Below, piece after piece: positions 35,976 through 48,377 of a stretch of DNA of 64,000 bases. This DNA is from Mesotaenium endlicherianum (taxonomy: Eukaryota), in NCBI GenBank assembly GCA_009602735.1, contig WELA01003597.1, positions 291,505 through 355,504 on the forward strand, read 5' to 3'. Position numbers and translations under genes: made by a program. Numbering within the stretch: position 1 is the stretch's first letter; each line of letters starts with the position of its first letter. The notes below the pieces were generated by a model. The model was not told the DNA's origin and made no database searches. It saw only the letters and a program-made list of their open reading frames with translations.

Positions 35976-37256
35976 AGTGTGCCTTCGCGCAACACTGCTT
36001 AGCGTGCTGCTGCCGTGAAGCCTTGGGTGCAGCTGTCTCTCTCTCGGTAGCACGGCTGCTCAAGGGCCTGGCAATCCTCCCCCCCTTCTGCATGCTTTTG
36101 TCGGCCCACCTCGGACCTCTCCGCACTGCACTCCATGTTGCCAGCTCAGCGCATTGCAGGCCAGCACCTTCTTTCCTCTGCGGACTTTTCTGCCATCAAT
36201 CTCAGCTCCCACCTCTAGACCTGGCAAGAAACCGGCGCGGGAGCCTCAAACCCGAGCCCTCAACCCAAAACTGTAACCTGAATCTTGCACGAGAAAGCGA
36301 ACGAGGCGGCGGGGTTGCACTGATGCTGTGAGGCTCCCGGGGTTGGTGGCCGTGATGCAGTGGGGGAGTGCAGGTGGCAGCGCGGGGCAGCTGGAAGGCG
36401 GCTGGGCGGTCGCGGAGGCCCTGCTGAGAGTGCGCAGCGCCTCTGAGGAAGTGCGGGCTCTTCTGCGCGAGATGGGCAACGGTGCTGCTGTGCCCGTACG
36501 TCTGCCGCCTGCCGCATTGCCACCTGCCGCTTGCCACTCCCTCCTTGCTCGGCCTCCCCTGGTGCTTGGGGCTGCTGTTCTGCAATTGTTGCTGTTGTTT
36601 TTTTTTGCGACAGCAAGTGTAACCTGGCCGGGGATATCCCAGACGGTACTGATTGTGTTGCTTGGCTGCATGTGATGCCCATCACATACGCGGCCACGCC
36701 TCCAACTGCTGCTTCCTCGGTGCGTGGGCGTGCGTGCATGTGCGTGCATGGGCGGGCGCTGTGGCATGGGGAGGCCGGGAAAGAGATTGTGGTGCAGTCG
36801 AGTTGCGTGCGGAGATGAAGTGCGTACGCAGATGTCGCGAGTGCAGGCTGCCTGCCTTTGGGCCTCTCCACCCCTTGCAGCCCCTGCGTTGCGCGCCCAA
36901 GCCCGCCCTTGCTCCTGCAGTCACTTGCGCTCCCCCTCGTCTCACGCCTCGGGGCCACGGCCGCGGCCAGCAGCGCCAAGTGGCAGCGAGTTTGCTGATT
37001 TGCTGACTCCCTGGTGGACATCTCCGTCTGCACGCAGATAGAGCCGGAGGCGCAGACGGAGCTCTTGGACGCCAGCATGAGGGTGCCGGGCGTACTGATT
37101 GCGGGGGTGCCGGGCGCCGGCGGCTACGATGCCGTCTTTGCGGTCGTCCTGGGCCCTGAGGTGCGGACGAACCTGGACGAGGCCTGGGGCCGCCGGGGGG
37201 TCCTGGCTCTGGAAGTCGAAGAGGACTCCCGGGGGGTCTTCTGGGAGAGGATGTGA
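29939..37256 (+). CDS. PMK: Phosphomevalonate kinase (ERG8/plant type, GHMP kinase); exons 29939-30097, 30337-30434, ~30939-31060, 31396-31448, 33010-33591, 33955-34068, 34600-34827, 36361-36495, 37038-37256
   Basis: [95 protein letters not shown] and [12 protein letters not shown] occur in the plant PMK order with in-phase splicing. Confidence 0.95.
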
Positions 37257-39168
37257 TTGGAAGGATATGGAACCTAGAAACCTTCTCCGTCGGAGCAAGT
37301 CTGACTGCAATGCTCGAGAATCATTTAGTGCGGGTCACTGGGACTAGGCCGGATGCGTGTAGGACTCTAGACACCACACTTAGGATTTTTCTTTGTGTCA
37401 TGAGGGCCGCTTTTTAACCGTGCTAGCGCTGGGAACGTGCGGCCACCAACATCATGGCTGCTAGAAGTAGGTAGTCCCCACTTGTGCAGGCTCAGAAGCA
37501 CGTCTCCTCGCTTTCTTCTCGGGAGAGGTTGCAGTTTTGGCATCACGTGGAAGCAACGGCTTGTCATTGCATGAGGTAAGTTTGTGCTTTGAGGAAGCTC
37601 AAGTATGCCTTAGCATGCAGGACAAGCAGCCTCAGGGTAGAGACATGCGTGCCAATCCCGGGAGCATCTGGACAGTACGAAGACTTACTCACGCTGTATT
37701 ACTATCAAATTTCCAGCTCAAAATTTGTGTGAGCGATGTCCACTAACTCTAGGTAGCCATGCCACTGAAACCAGCAATGCTGCTTCTATAGAGGCAGGTC
37801 GTATGTGCTAGTAGCAGGTTGAGAACATCAGCATCTATCTGCTTTCGACGCCTCGCATGTGTTTTTTCCTCCCTAGTGGAAGTGATTTGGACATCACACA
37901 GATGGCTAGTAACGCGATACATAGTTTGCACTTACTTGGTACCATAGGCGGGAGAGGGCTTTACCTGTCATTTACAATTATTTTTCAAGCGTACTCCAAA
38001 TTACCAGAACGAGTTTGATACTTGAGGAATCCTAGCAACTTTGATGCCATAGAATCTAAGTTGCTCGAAACATGTGATATGACCAATATATTGCACGAGT
38101 ATGCTTCCAAGTACACAAGGACCTTGAGCACCTTCCGTCGCACGAGATGTAGGTCAACATGAGATGACACTGCACCATCATTCTGAGCTAGGGTCAACTT
38201 CAGGCCCTCATTCTTAATCAATAACAATCAAAGCGGTCCTGTACTTACTACTGCGAGTCGCGCATACATATAGGCGACAATTGCTATGCTAGTTCACAGA
38301 TGGCAGAGGAAGCAAGTATTGAAGCACAGGTTGCGTGGGAAATATAGCGAAAACAAATGTTCCACTACTGAAGGCCACATTCCACCTGCAAGCTAGTCGC
38401 TGACTGTTCAAGTGCTCCTCGTATGATAATAGCCCAAATGCACTAAGCGGCCTTGCAGCTCATCCCATGACATCAGCAAGGAGCTAGGTGATTCTACGAG
38501 AGGTGAATCTTCTGCAGTTCCCAATCTGTTGTTGATGTTCCAAGGCCGACTCCTACAATGCGCGGGCGTAGCCCAACAGAACTGCAGATCCTACAGTGAC
38601 CATGTACCAAGCAACTTATTTGGTTTTCTTCACTTGTTCCTGCACTACCCGAGTGATCCTCTGAGAAGATCTGCCGCACAACCAATGAATGTACTGATCG
38701 GGAAGACAAATTGCGAACGCGGGCATCAAAAGGATGATACCCCAAAGAATCTCCAGAATTGGTAAACCTACGGGCTTACCTCGAGCATTTTAAGGAGGCA
38801 GGCCCTGGCATCTCATTATGTACATCCAATTCCTGCCACTCCCGTTGACAACAAGCCCCACCTGGTGTTCCTCGCTGCAAAGTTTCGCCAACAAAAGCTC
38901 CAAGCACGCCCGCTACAGAAGCAGCTAGAAGGAACCCTTTCTTCTGCTCAAAAAGAGAGAGGGAGAGTTGTCAGCAGCTCATGAGCTCGAGGGTCCCCTT
39001 CTCAAAGTCATCCATCTCCGGACTTGGCAGCTGCTGCAACCTCTCGGCACTGCCAGGCTCAGAGCCGGCAGAAATCGTGTTCCCCCCTGCCGTGCCATCT
39101 GCTTCCGCTCTATCTGTCATCCCGTCAATGCATGCTGCATTGCTAGCTGGCGGCGCTGCAACGGTCTG

Positions 39169-41323
39169 CTACCTGCGTTCCAAAGGGTGGAGCAACGTCA
39201 CGACAGCACCGCTTTCCCCGGCCCTCCTGCCTCCTGCCAAAACCTGGGGCTCTCCAGACAGGCTCTTTGCGGCGCTCGCCGTATGAAGGCCGTTCGCGAC
39301 AGAGGAAGCGCCCCGCGCGCGGTCCCCAAGATTCGGCGCAGCAGACGAGCGGTGCAGCAGGCGGTACTTCAGAGAGCCCTCCGCTCGCTCTGGTGGGGAG
39401 CTTCTCATGTCGGCCAGCCCCAGCCCTAGGCCCAGCGACAGCCGGAGCGTCAGGTCCTCGTGGCCCCCCTCCTCCTCCTCCTCCTCCTGTGCAAGAGCAG
39501 CAGGCAACGCAACGTGAGGGCCACTCAGTTGCCCCACGGTGCCTGCTCCTGCTGGCCCTCCTTCTCCTCCTCCTCCTCCTCCAGGAGTTACCGGGCTGCT
39601 GGCATCAGCTCGGAGGAGCAGCCATTGCTGGCCCTGATTGGCAGAAATGGGTCCGGCAAGGAGTCCACTTTGACGCACCGCCTCCATTCCACCAGCTGTT
39701 AATTCCAAGGGGCCCCATCTTGTCACGTGCACACCCAGCCACTCGGGTCCGACGCCGCCGCCGCCGATGCCGCCTGCGCGACCCATCAAACAGCGACAGC
39801 GATGGGTTACAACGAGTCGCGCACAAGGTGCCTCTTTGAAGGGAGATACGGCTGCACATGCGAGCAAGTTCTCTGCACATCAAAGAAAGCACGTGCATTA
39901 CGTGCACGCCTGCAACAGGATCCACAGCCAAGGCAGCAGCCAAGGCAGCCAAGCAGTCCCCTAGCAAGGGAGCCAAGCTGCCGCCATGTGGGAAGCCGAG
40001 AGGTCATCTAGAGAGCAGCCAAGCCGTGGCAAAGCACCTGCTGGCGGCGCCCCGGGCACTGGTTGCAGCGTGGGCTTGCCAGCGGCTGGGACATCTGCAG
40101 CCACGCCTTGCTGCCCCTGGCGGCCGCCGCTAACTCCGCCGCCGCCACCGCTGCTGCTCAGGTGCTTGGGCCTGTCCTCCGGCGACGTGGAGGGCGCTCG
40201 CTTGCTCCCCGCCACGCGCGCCGCACGCGTGTCACGGTCTCCTGTTGCCACAAAAGCCAGGTCTACAGCAGCAGCAGCAGCAGCACCTGCACGGCTGGGC
40301 GGGTGCTGCAGCGGGTCCACAACAACCTCGCCGGAGCCAGCAGAGCCGCCGTCCTCCGCCACGTCAGCGTGCAGCACAACAGGTGGCATGTCCATGTCAT
40401 GGTGGCGGTGAGGGCAGCCTGAATCGGCCGGCAGCTGCTCCAGCTGGAGTCTCCCACCAGAGCAGGCAGAGGCCCTCTGCCTCCTTGCTCCTCTGCCCCC
40501 TCCACCTCCTCCCCCAGCAGTTGCAGCCGCAGCTGTGCCAGAAGCCCGCTGACGCTCGCTGCCAGCTGTCACCTTGCCGCCTCGACCACCACGTCCTCGT
40601 CCAACGCCAGCAGAGCCCCCCGCGCCTCTACTCCGCCCCCTGGGAGTGGCAGGCTGGGGCCCAGGGGGCCCAGGAGCCGCAGAGCCGGCCCTGGGGTCTT
40701 CCGTGCTGGAGCTGCACCCAGAGTGGTCCGGCTCCTGCTCCTGCTGCTCCTGCCGCTCCTGCCGCTCCTGCAGCTCCTGCTCCTCCTTGGTCTTCTCGCG
40801 CGTGGTGCCGTCCTGCATCAGCACCAGGGGCGGCGGCCGCTTGAAGGGCGCAGCGGCGGCGGATGCGGCGGCCGCCTGCGCGTGAAGGAGCTGCTGCCGG
40901 TACCTGTTGTGCTGTTGCTGGTGCTGACTGTATGCTTGGGCTTGGGCTTGGGCTCGGGCCTGGGCCCACTGCCACATGGAATCTTCCCTCTGGCTCTGAG
41001 AACTGGCCCACAGGGCCGCATAGTGCTGCTGCTGCTGCTGTTGCAGCTGTTGCTGCTGCTCTTGCAGCTGATGCTGCTGTTGCTGCTGCTGGTGCTGATA
41101 GGAATCATGAGGTGCAAGCTGAGCTGGCAGCTGCTGCTGCTGCTGCTGTTGCCACTGGCCAGTGCTTTCAGAGAAGGCGAAAGCCGGGCGGCGGTGGGCA
41201 GATGCTGCAGCCGCCGCCGCCTCTTGCCAGGAGCTGAAGGGTTGTTGCTGCTGCTGCTTACCGCTGCATTCACCGCTTGCGTAGTACTTCCCGCACATCG
41301 CCCCGTACTCCTGCGCTAGTGTG

Positions 41324-41379
<56 letters not shown>

Positions 41380-41508
41380 TAGTTGTTGCTGCTGCTGCAT
41401 ATACGCCCACATGCGTGCGGTGGCGGCTCCGTGGTCTAGCCCTCCGCCGTGATGAGTGCTCCTGCCTCCCTGCACAGCACCACCACCGCTAGTAGATGGC
41501 ACCAGCTG

Positions 41509-41548
<40 letters not shown>

Positions 41549-43252
41549 TGCACCGCCATCACCTGCTCATTCGCACTTGCTTTTCCCTCACCAAGGTCGC
41601 TGCTCGCGCTCGCCCACGTGCGGTCGCTGCTCTGCATGCCACTTGTCTGCGGCACAGAGGACGGCATCGCCTCCTCCTTCTCCAGCGGCCACACACTGTA
41701 CCCCCCACGCAAGCTCAATGTCGTGTGTGAATACGACTTTCCTTCCTGCTGTTTCTGCTGCACTTTCTTGAAGGTGGCGGGCGCGCCATGCCTGCCCTGG
41801 GCCCCGCCCTCTCCCACGCCATGTGGCGACAGATAGCCCGCCTGCTTGCTCCGCTTCGACGCTGCTGCTGCCGCCGCCTGCTGCATCTGCGGTTCCTCCT
41901 TCGTGCCGCCCAGTTCAGAAGCAGGAGCAGGAGCGGGAGCAGAAGCAAGAGCAAGAGCAGGGGCAGGGAGAGGCGAAGGGGCAGCTCCCCCCGTGTGATG
42001 CCCCCACAGCGGCACCTCACACCCGCCGCGCCCACATGCGGCTGCGCTCCTGTCCGCAACTTCCTGCTGGCAAGACCCCTGCGCGCCCTCCTCTGCAGCC
42101 GACTGCGCAGCGCCACCTGGCAGCAGCCTCGAGACCGACGACTTGCTCTTAATGTGGCAGAGGTCCTGCAGGGACTGGTGCAGAGCCCTGGCCTCTCTCT
42201 CCACTCCCTCCACTTCCGCCTTCTCCCCTACAGGAGCACCCTCGCCATCAGAGGAGGGGGGCTCGGCCGGCGGCAGCTTCTCCAAGTCAAACATGTGCAC
42301 CGCGTGTCGCACGCCTGTTCCCAAGCCGATGCCTGCGCCCGTACCGGTGCCCGTCCTTGTGCCTGTGCCCGTACCTGCGCCGGCACCTGCACCTGTGCCC
42401 GTGCCTGCGCCCGTGCCCGCATCCGTGCCTGTTCCCGCGCCTATTCCCGTGCCTGTGCCCGAGTCTCCCTGAAGCTTGTCCGCGGGAAAGCTGCACAGCA
42501 AGCTGGCCTGCACCTGCACCACCCGGTGGAGCTCCCGGACCTGCTCCATGAACACGTGCTGCTGCTCCATCATGGTGCTCCGCACGGCCGCCACGGCCTC
42601 GCCTCCCCCCGCCGCCCCGCCCCCCTCGGCTGCAACTGCGGCGGCTGCACCTTGCTCATCCTCCTGGCCCCCAGGCGTACTTGGGACTGCGCAGGGCTGG
42701 CTCTCCTCCTCCTGCTACTCACACATGCAAGAAGGCATCACGCAATGATGAGGACAGATCAAGACACACACACACACACACACACACGGAGAGGAGAGGA
42801 GAGGAGAGAGAGCGACACGTGCCGCACCTCACACACACGCCAACCCACTGGTGAGCAAGGAGGCTGCATACGGGCCGCCGAAGAAGCCAGCCATCGAGCA
42901 CCTGACGAGGACAGGAGCTTACAGAGGGGGAGGAAGACGGCGCGGGGCGCAGCTGCAGCGCATGAGCTGCAGCAGGAGGAGGCCCCGGGCCGAGCCACGC
43001 AGGGGGTAACAGTGGTTGCGATTGAGCCACTCCTGCAGCCGCCTGGGGGCAAGAGGGCCCCTGGCCCTGCCATGTGGCATTGCTACGGAGCTTGTGCGCG
43101 CTGTCAATCCCCAGCGACAGGGTGGGCCCGTCGCGCATGCAGTCCGGGACCACGCCCAGGTCATCCTCGCACAACGACAGCTCGGCAGGCTGGCGGCTCA
43201 CAGAGCAGCTTGGGACCTGCACCACATATGGCACCATAGATGCTGCTGCCAT
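39169..43252 (-). CDS. Large polyQ/Gly-rich protein with an ELHR motif (DUF863-like/ELF3-like) and a C-terminal EAR-like motif; probable exons 43252-42902, ~42712-40038, 39695-39169 (the unspliced alternative ends at 39961)
   Basis: 877-aa open frame containing AVRSTMMEQQHVFMEQVRELHRVVQVQASLL, HMFDLEKLP and several polyQ tracts. A phase-1 GT-AG intron 40037-39696 would join a final exon containing EDLTLRLSLGL. The 5' end is uncertain. Confidence 0.7.
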
Positions 43253-44294
43253 GTCACTGATGCTCCATACAGGCAGTGCCTGACCCCCCTAGCTCTGGCT
43301 CTGGCTCCAAGGAAGGCTCATACATGGATCCTGGGGAAATAGGCCTGCAGTTACTGTCCCCTCCTCTAACATGAAAAACCAGGGGTCCAGTGATGACAGG
43401 GACAGACGTGTCACAGCTACGTGCAACTGGAACTACGTCAATCTGTTGTATAACTTCAAGAGAGCAGACATTGAGCTCTCCTAGTTTGGTTCAAATCTAG
43501 GCAGCCCAAGTTGTACAGCTGTTTTATTTCTGTTGCCATACTTTCTCCTTTTCTTATCTACCTTATTCTTCAAGCAGACGATAATACTAGTCAGCCTGCC
43601 ATGCATTCCAAAGCAGGTTCAAGTGTATACGAGGAGCACGTGAACAGACAGACTGGTAAACACAGTCCCTAAGGGACAAGTGCACGGCCATAATAAGGAA
43701 GACCATTGCGCAGCCTCAAACGGACCATGGTTGGAGGCTAGAGCTAGCTCAACGATGTGTGCCCCGCCAGGTCTTTTCAGGACTAGATCGTCAACACCAG
43801 AATATCAAATCATCAAGTAGGTCAAAGAGAACGAGTAGCGATGACAGTGTCGAATTTCTAGCCCAAGATGAATGACGAGTGCTGGTATTCTCCGATTACC
43901 TGCTGATTATCATATCTATCCCTCATCGTGCTAATCATTAAAGCAGCTGCTCCGGCAGACCTGCCAGGTCTTGATTCAATGGACGTTCAAAAGATGGTAG
44001 CTCGTTACAGTCGCCGAGCAGATGATACGGCAAAGGACAAGCTCTTCCTGTCAATATGTTCGTGGACTCAGATCTACACTACTTGCTTCCAGGAAGTGCC
44101 TGTGTTTTAATCTAACACTGCCCTTCTCACAAAATGGAATGCAATACTACAGATTGGAGATCAAATTAACAGATCTAGCAATCTCGCAGTCCAACCCTCC
44201 CTCTTCGCCCTATATGCTTTAAAGTTTACAGCAGTAAGACAAGTACGCATCAGACGTCCAAAAAGCGCAAATCTTGAACAGTGAATAACATAGA

Positions 44295-45188
44295 GGGCAG
44301 TCGTGGCTACGTCCTCGACTTTCACCCGGACCCCACAGGCTGTTGGTGCAAGGCCCAAGTTGACTGGTGCTCAGGAAGAAGGTATTCCGCAGTATTCCGC
44401 ATCAAATCAGCGTTGTCACAAGGAGGGTAAAGCATGGGGTAAAGGGCCAAGGTGGGCAGCGGTACGCAAATTATGGAGGTAAATCAAGATTGCCAATCAG
44501 AAACTTTCACGTCACGTATAAATGATTCTGGTTCGGGTAGCCTTGTGGCCGCTCGTGACTGTCTGAATTGGTCTGCATGTGCCTGTCGTCTCACTGGCTT
44601 CAGAATGCTCAAGATAGATTTTCGGGCAGAAACTCGTTTTCTTCTTGAAGTGCAGTGCAGAAATAATCAAGGTAAGAAGCAAAGATAACAGATATGCATA
44701 CATACTTCTCTGGGGGTTTATAATTCTTCTGAGCATCTTTTCACTTCTTATTGGACTTTGTACAGATTTTTCTGAGCGCGTCACTTTTACGGAGTGTACA
44801 AAATATCGCACATTGTCTCCGATTGCCACGATCATGTGGCAACAATATCAAGATCAAGTGGCAATGTTATCCTCGCTGGTGACAAAAAAATCAGACTGCC
44901 TGCATTTAACCGACGTTCCAAGGGAGATATTTAAAAAATCGTTTGGATCTGCCATATATATATATGATTCTCATGACGCCAGCCTCCAGGCGTTATTCAA
45001 ACAATCTCGAAAAGCGTATACATATGAGGATATTTAATTCAGGATCTCGATACGAGGGACTGCTATGGCAGGCTCTGGACAACTCTGGACGCCCTCTTGC
45101 AAATCGAGGAATGGACATTCGGCTTTCAGAAGGGGCCACGCCTATCAGAATCTGGAGGCACCAATTCTTGAGCACGGATTGGGACTGA
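44295..45188 (+). pseudogene. Possible spliced gene relic of unknown function
   Basis: In-phase GTAAGA...TACAG intron 44672-44765 joins MLKIDFRAETRFLLEVQCRNNQ to DFSERVTFTECTK.... There is an apparent single-base frameshift near 45035 and a 10-bp duplication at 44382-44401. No recognisable family. Confidence 0.3.
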
Positions 45189-45734
45189 ACACATCGGAAC
45201 ACATGAGTCCCTTGTGACCCAGTCACGAACACGTAACCTAAAGCATTTTCTGTTGTAGGCGGCTGCAAGAGGCGATTCCACAGCGTCTCTCACCATCGCC
45301 CACTGTCCACGCGCTCCCACACGTCATCGACTACTTTGTGAGGGGAGGTCCACTTGCCCGAGTAAGAACTAAAATTTGACCTTCCAGAGAACTCCTGTCG
45401 CAGGTATGGACTCTCAACATTGACCACCGACCAACCTGCTGACATGTACATGTTAAGCATTGGAATGCCAAGTCAATCACACTTGAGGCGTAACTGCGCA
45501 CCTAAACCCGGTCAAACCCAACATCCAGCGTCGGGTGGGTATTAACAAACAGGTTAGCTGCGAGGGTGAACCCATAAAGACCTGCAAAGGGCCACGCAAG
45601 CGGGAGCCAAGTCTGACAACGATGAGAAAATAGGCCATCTTGGCTGTAGTCCATTTGGCGCTAAGGCCACGATGGCTGCCACAACAGGATACATGGACGC
45701 GAAACCACGTCGTTGCAAAAACGCTGGCCGAGAG

Positions 45735-46192
45735 GTTAAGCTCTCACACGCGGAAGTGGCTAGCATGCAAACTAACCTGACTCGACATAAATTAGGCATA
45801 AGGCAATTTGAGAGTTCATGCAAGTGCCTCTGAAAGGCAAGAGCCTTGCACGCTTCCGCTCGTCTCTCCTTCATATTTTGCCAGAGAAGCAGATTGAAGG
45901 AGTAGAGAAGGCGGAAGGAGAAAAAGCGACAGCAAAGGAGAAGGAGCTCCCAAGGCCACAAGGAGCCCGAGAAGACACGCTTCTGCCGACGCTTGAAGAT
46001 CTTTACTCTGTTCTCACGCTATGTATCGTAGTCAGGTTAGAACCTTGGAATTCTCAAAAAAAATGTTACTAGAGAGATAAGGAGCTCGCGATTTGCTAGG
46101 AGGTATACTAGGGCAGGTTTTGAGATAAAAACCACAAGCGTGCGAAGACCACAAAAAAAGGTGAACTTTGTGTTAGTTTTCAAGTTCTCAGT
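45735..46192 (+). repeat. Diverged dispersed repeat, copy 2 (homologous to 18490-18925)
   Basis: Same collinear blocks as copy 1. Lies at the edge of the retrotransposon cluster. Confidence 0.7.
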
Positions 46193-46732
46193 AGTTGCTT
46201 TAGCCTAATCAATGTAATGCAAGAACCCATTTGGATAGATTTTGAAGGAGATATTTGCGTTTGAGGTTGCACCACCTCTCGACCCCTAGCGGAAATTCCG
46301 CAAGGCCAATACGTGCCTACACTTGCCCAAGGGTCACAATTTGGGCTACTCGTGATCCCAAGGGACCCTTTAATTGTGCGCACAAATCCGCAAGCCTCCT
46401 TAGACACATTATGCCCACATTTCCTCACCTAAAGTGCACCAATATGGCTATAACTTGGTAGCTGCATCACAAACACCAAGAGGAAGGGTTCCTCACGTTA
46501 CAAATTTACATTTGAGGCACTATTAATCAAGGTAAGATCAATCAATAGGGAGCCCTTGGCATACTTTGGCACATAGCATTTTATTAGATTGAGTGATGCA
46601 TAGCCTACAGAAGTGCTAGAACATCCTCTGCACACATTTGTGGAAGTGGGAGAGGTCTTCTAGAGTGACCTCATGCATTGAATTCACGCGCGATTTGCTG
46701 GGTTTTCAGGAGTATAAAGCTCTAGAGATGCT

Positions 46733-47177
46733 TGTAACGTCGTAGAATTGTAATGTGCATTTTTCTAGGCATTTTGATATAAAGTTCGTCGAATTTGGTT
46801 AAGTATTGAGAAAGTTATGAATTTCTGAAATTTTATTGATTTTAGAATCGGTTGACAACTGTCCTTAATTTGCGGTGAGCGCGACCGTCGAATTGACCGA
46901 CAGCGTCGAGCAAATTCTTTACGTAATAACGGCAGACGGGAAGTGCCGACTAGATTGATATACCACTACCTAGAAGTTTCGGATACGCCTAGAGCGCCCA
47001 AGTTATTATATTCTAGACATTTCGATGCATGTATGTGGACGTCAAATCGGCACGACACATCGGATGAGGCTGATCTGGCCTACTCACAAATATTCTGGAA
47101 GGGACAATTTGACAAACACTTCAATTTCTTGAAGCTAGTGGTCCTCCCTCCTAGGAGCGAGCAATCGTCGTAGAAAA
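46733..47177 (+). repeat. Left arm of a ~450-bp diverged inverted repeat (LTR-like 5' end, starts TGTAAC)
   Basis: Reverse-complement similarity to 49815-50289 along its whole length (e.g. tgaggctgatctggcctactcacaaat / atttgtgagtaggccagatcagcctca). Confidence 0.85.
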
Positions 47178-48377
47178 ATAGGCTTAACTTCTTCGTTTCT
47201 TATCAGTTTTCATTTCCGTAAAGTTCTACGGGTACGTGATGACAAGGCCTTTTATCCTATTTCATTTGTGAGCACTTTCTTTAGTTGCCATGTTCAGTTA
47301 TTTTGCAAAGCTTTCTTATTGATGTCATTATTTATTGAGTCGAGGCTGACGCACAAAACCGAGCTCCACATGTGCGAAACATCAACCTAGGAAGGCCGAC
47401 TTTGACTTGACTTTACGCATCCATATGTTGACCTTTTTTAGATTTTCAAGTCACCGAAGTGTGGCGCGTTGAAGCATCTTTTGAATGGCACCAATTTCGC
47501 GTCGTTTGGTTAAGTATCGGACGAGATAGGCGCGATCTAGTCCGCACCCCTTTTGGCCCCTAGCGGAAACACACCAAATGGCCAACTTGTGACTCAATGT
47601 ACCCAAAGGTGACATTGTTGACCATTCGTGACCCCAAGGACCCTTGGCTTACTGCGCACAAATCTGCGAGCCCCTTTGCCTACATAAGTCCTGCATTTCC
47701 ATAATATAAGTGCATCATTGAGGCTATAACTTGGTGACTGCATCACCGACTCCTAGAGGAAGCTTCCTCAAGTTTCAGATTCACTTTTGAGGCGCTATCT
47801 AGGTAGAATCACCCAAGGTACGCTCCACTAATGAGAGACACATAACATATTCTACGTGCATTGCTTTGATTGTTAGAGTTATGTTTAGCCTATAGGAGTG
47901 CTAATACATGCCTTGTATACATTAGTGGACATAGGAGAGCCTTCTAGAGTGACTACATGCATTGGATCCGCCGCATACGACGCCGGATTTCCAAAAGTAT
48001 AAGTACTAGAGATGTCCCTAGAGGAACATCTTTTAGAAGTCCCATTATGCCAGGTGTAAGATACAGAGATTATCAGTAAAGCTTACACTTTTATCTCTTG
48101 TGAATTCAGGACCACTTAGGTACTCTCTTGCGAAGAGCAAGCCCTCCTGGCCTCCAGTCACTTGAAGAACTTCACAAGTGGTCAGCAAAGTCACAGCTTA
48201 AACCCTTGTATAGGACTACTCTTGAAGATCATGATGAGCTTCCAGTGATCTTTTGGGCCATACTTCATTAGTTGTATTCCTACCGGTTTACAATTTTGAG
48301 GTGCTCACTCCGGGGGTACACACTCCTTACTTCTAAAAGATCTCTCTCTGCCTGCAAGCAATTAGAATCTTCAGCGT

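Noticed and set aside
33921..36331. 400-600 aa ORFs spanning the large N gap
   Set aside because: Artefacts of Ns translated as X.
37245..37256. PMK C-terminal ERM as a peroxisomal PTS1
   Set aside because: An acidic residue at position -3 does not fit the plant PTS1 consensus.
20681..37256. GGH and PMK as a metabolic gene cluster
   Set aside because: They act in unrelated pathways (folate turnover versus isoprenoid synthesis) and are separated by SGF11; this is an ordinary housekeeping neighbourhood.
37985..38765. Short ORFs between PMK and the ELHR gene
   Set aside because: No motifs and no convincing splice pattern.
41788..43239. 483-aa plus-strand ORF
   Set aside because: It is the antisense shadow of the GC-rich minus-strand gene, with Arg/Cys-biased composition.
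48068..48085. tatcagtaaagc as a tRNA-Met primer-binding site
   Set aside because: It only loosely resembles TGGTATCAGAGC, lacks the TGG, and lies inside the repeated LTR-like sequence.
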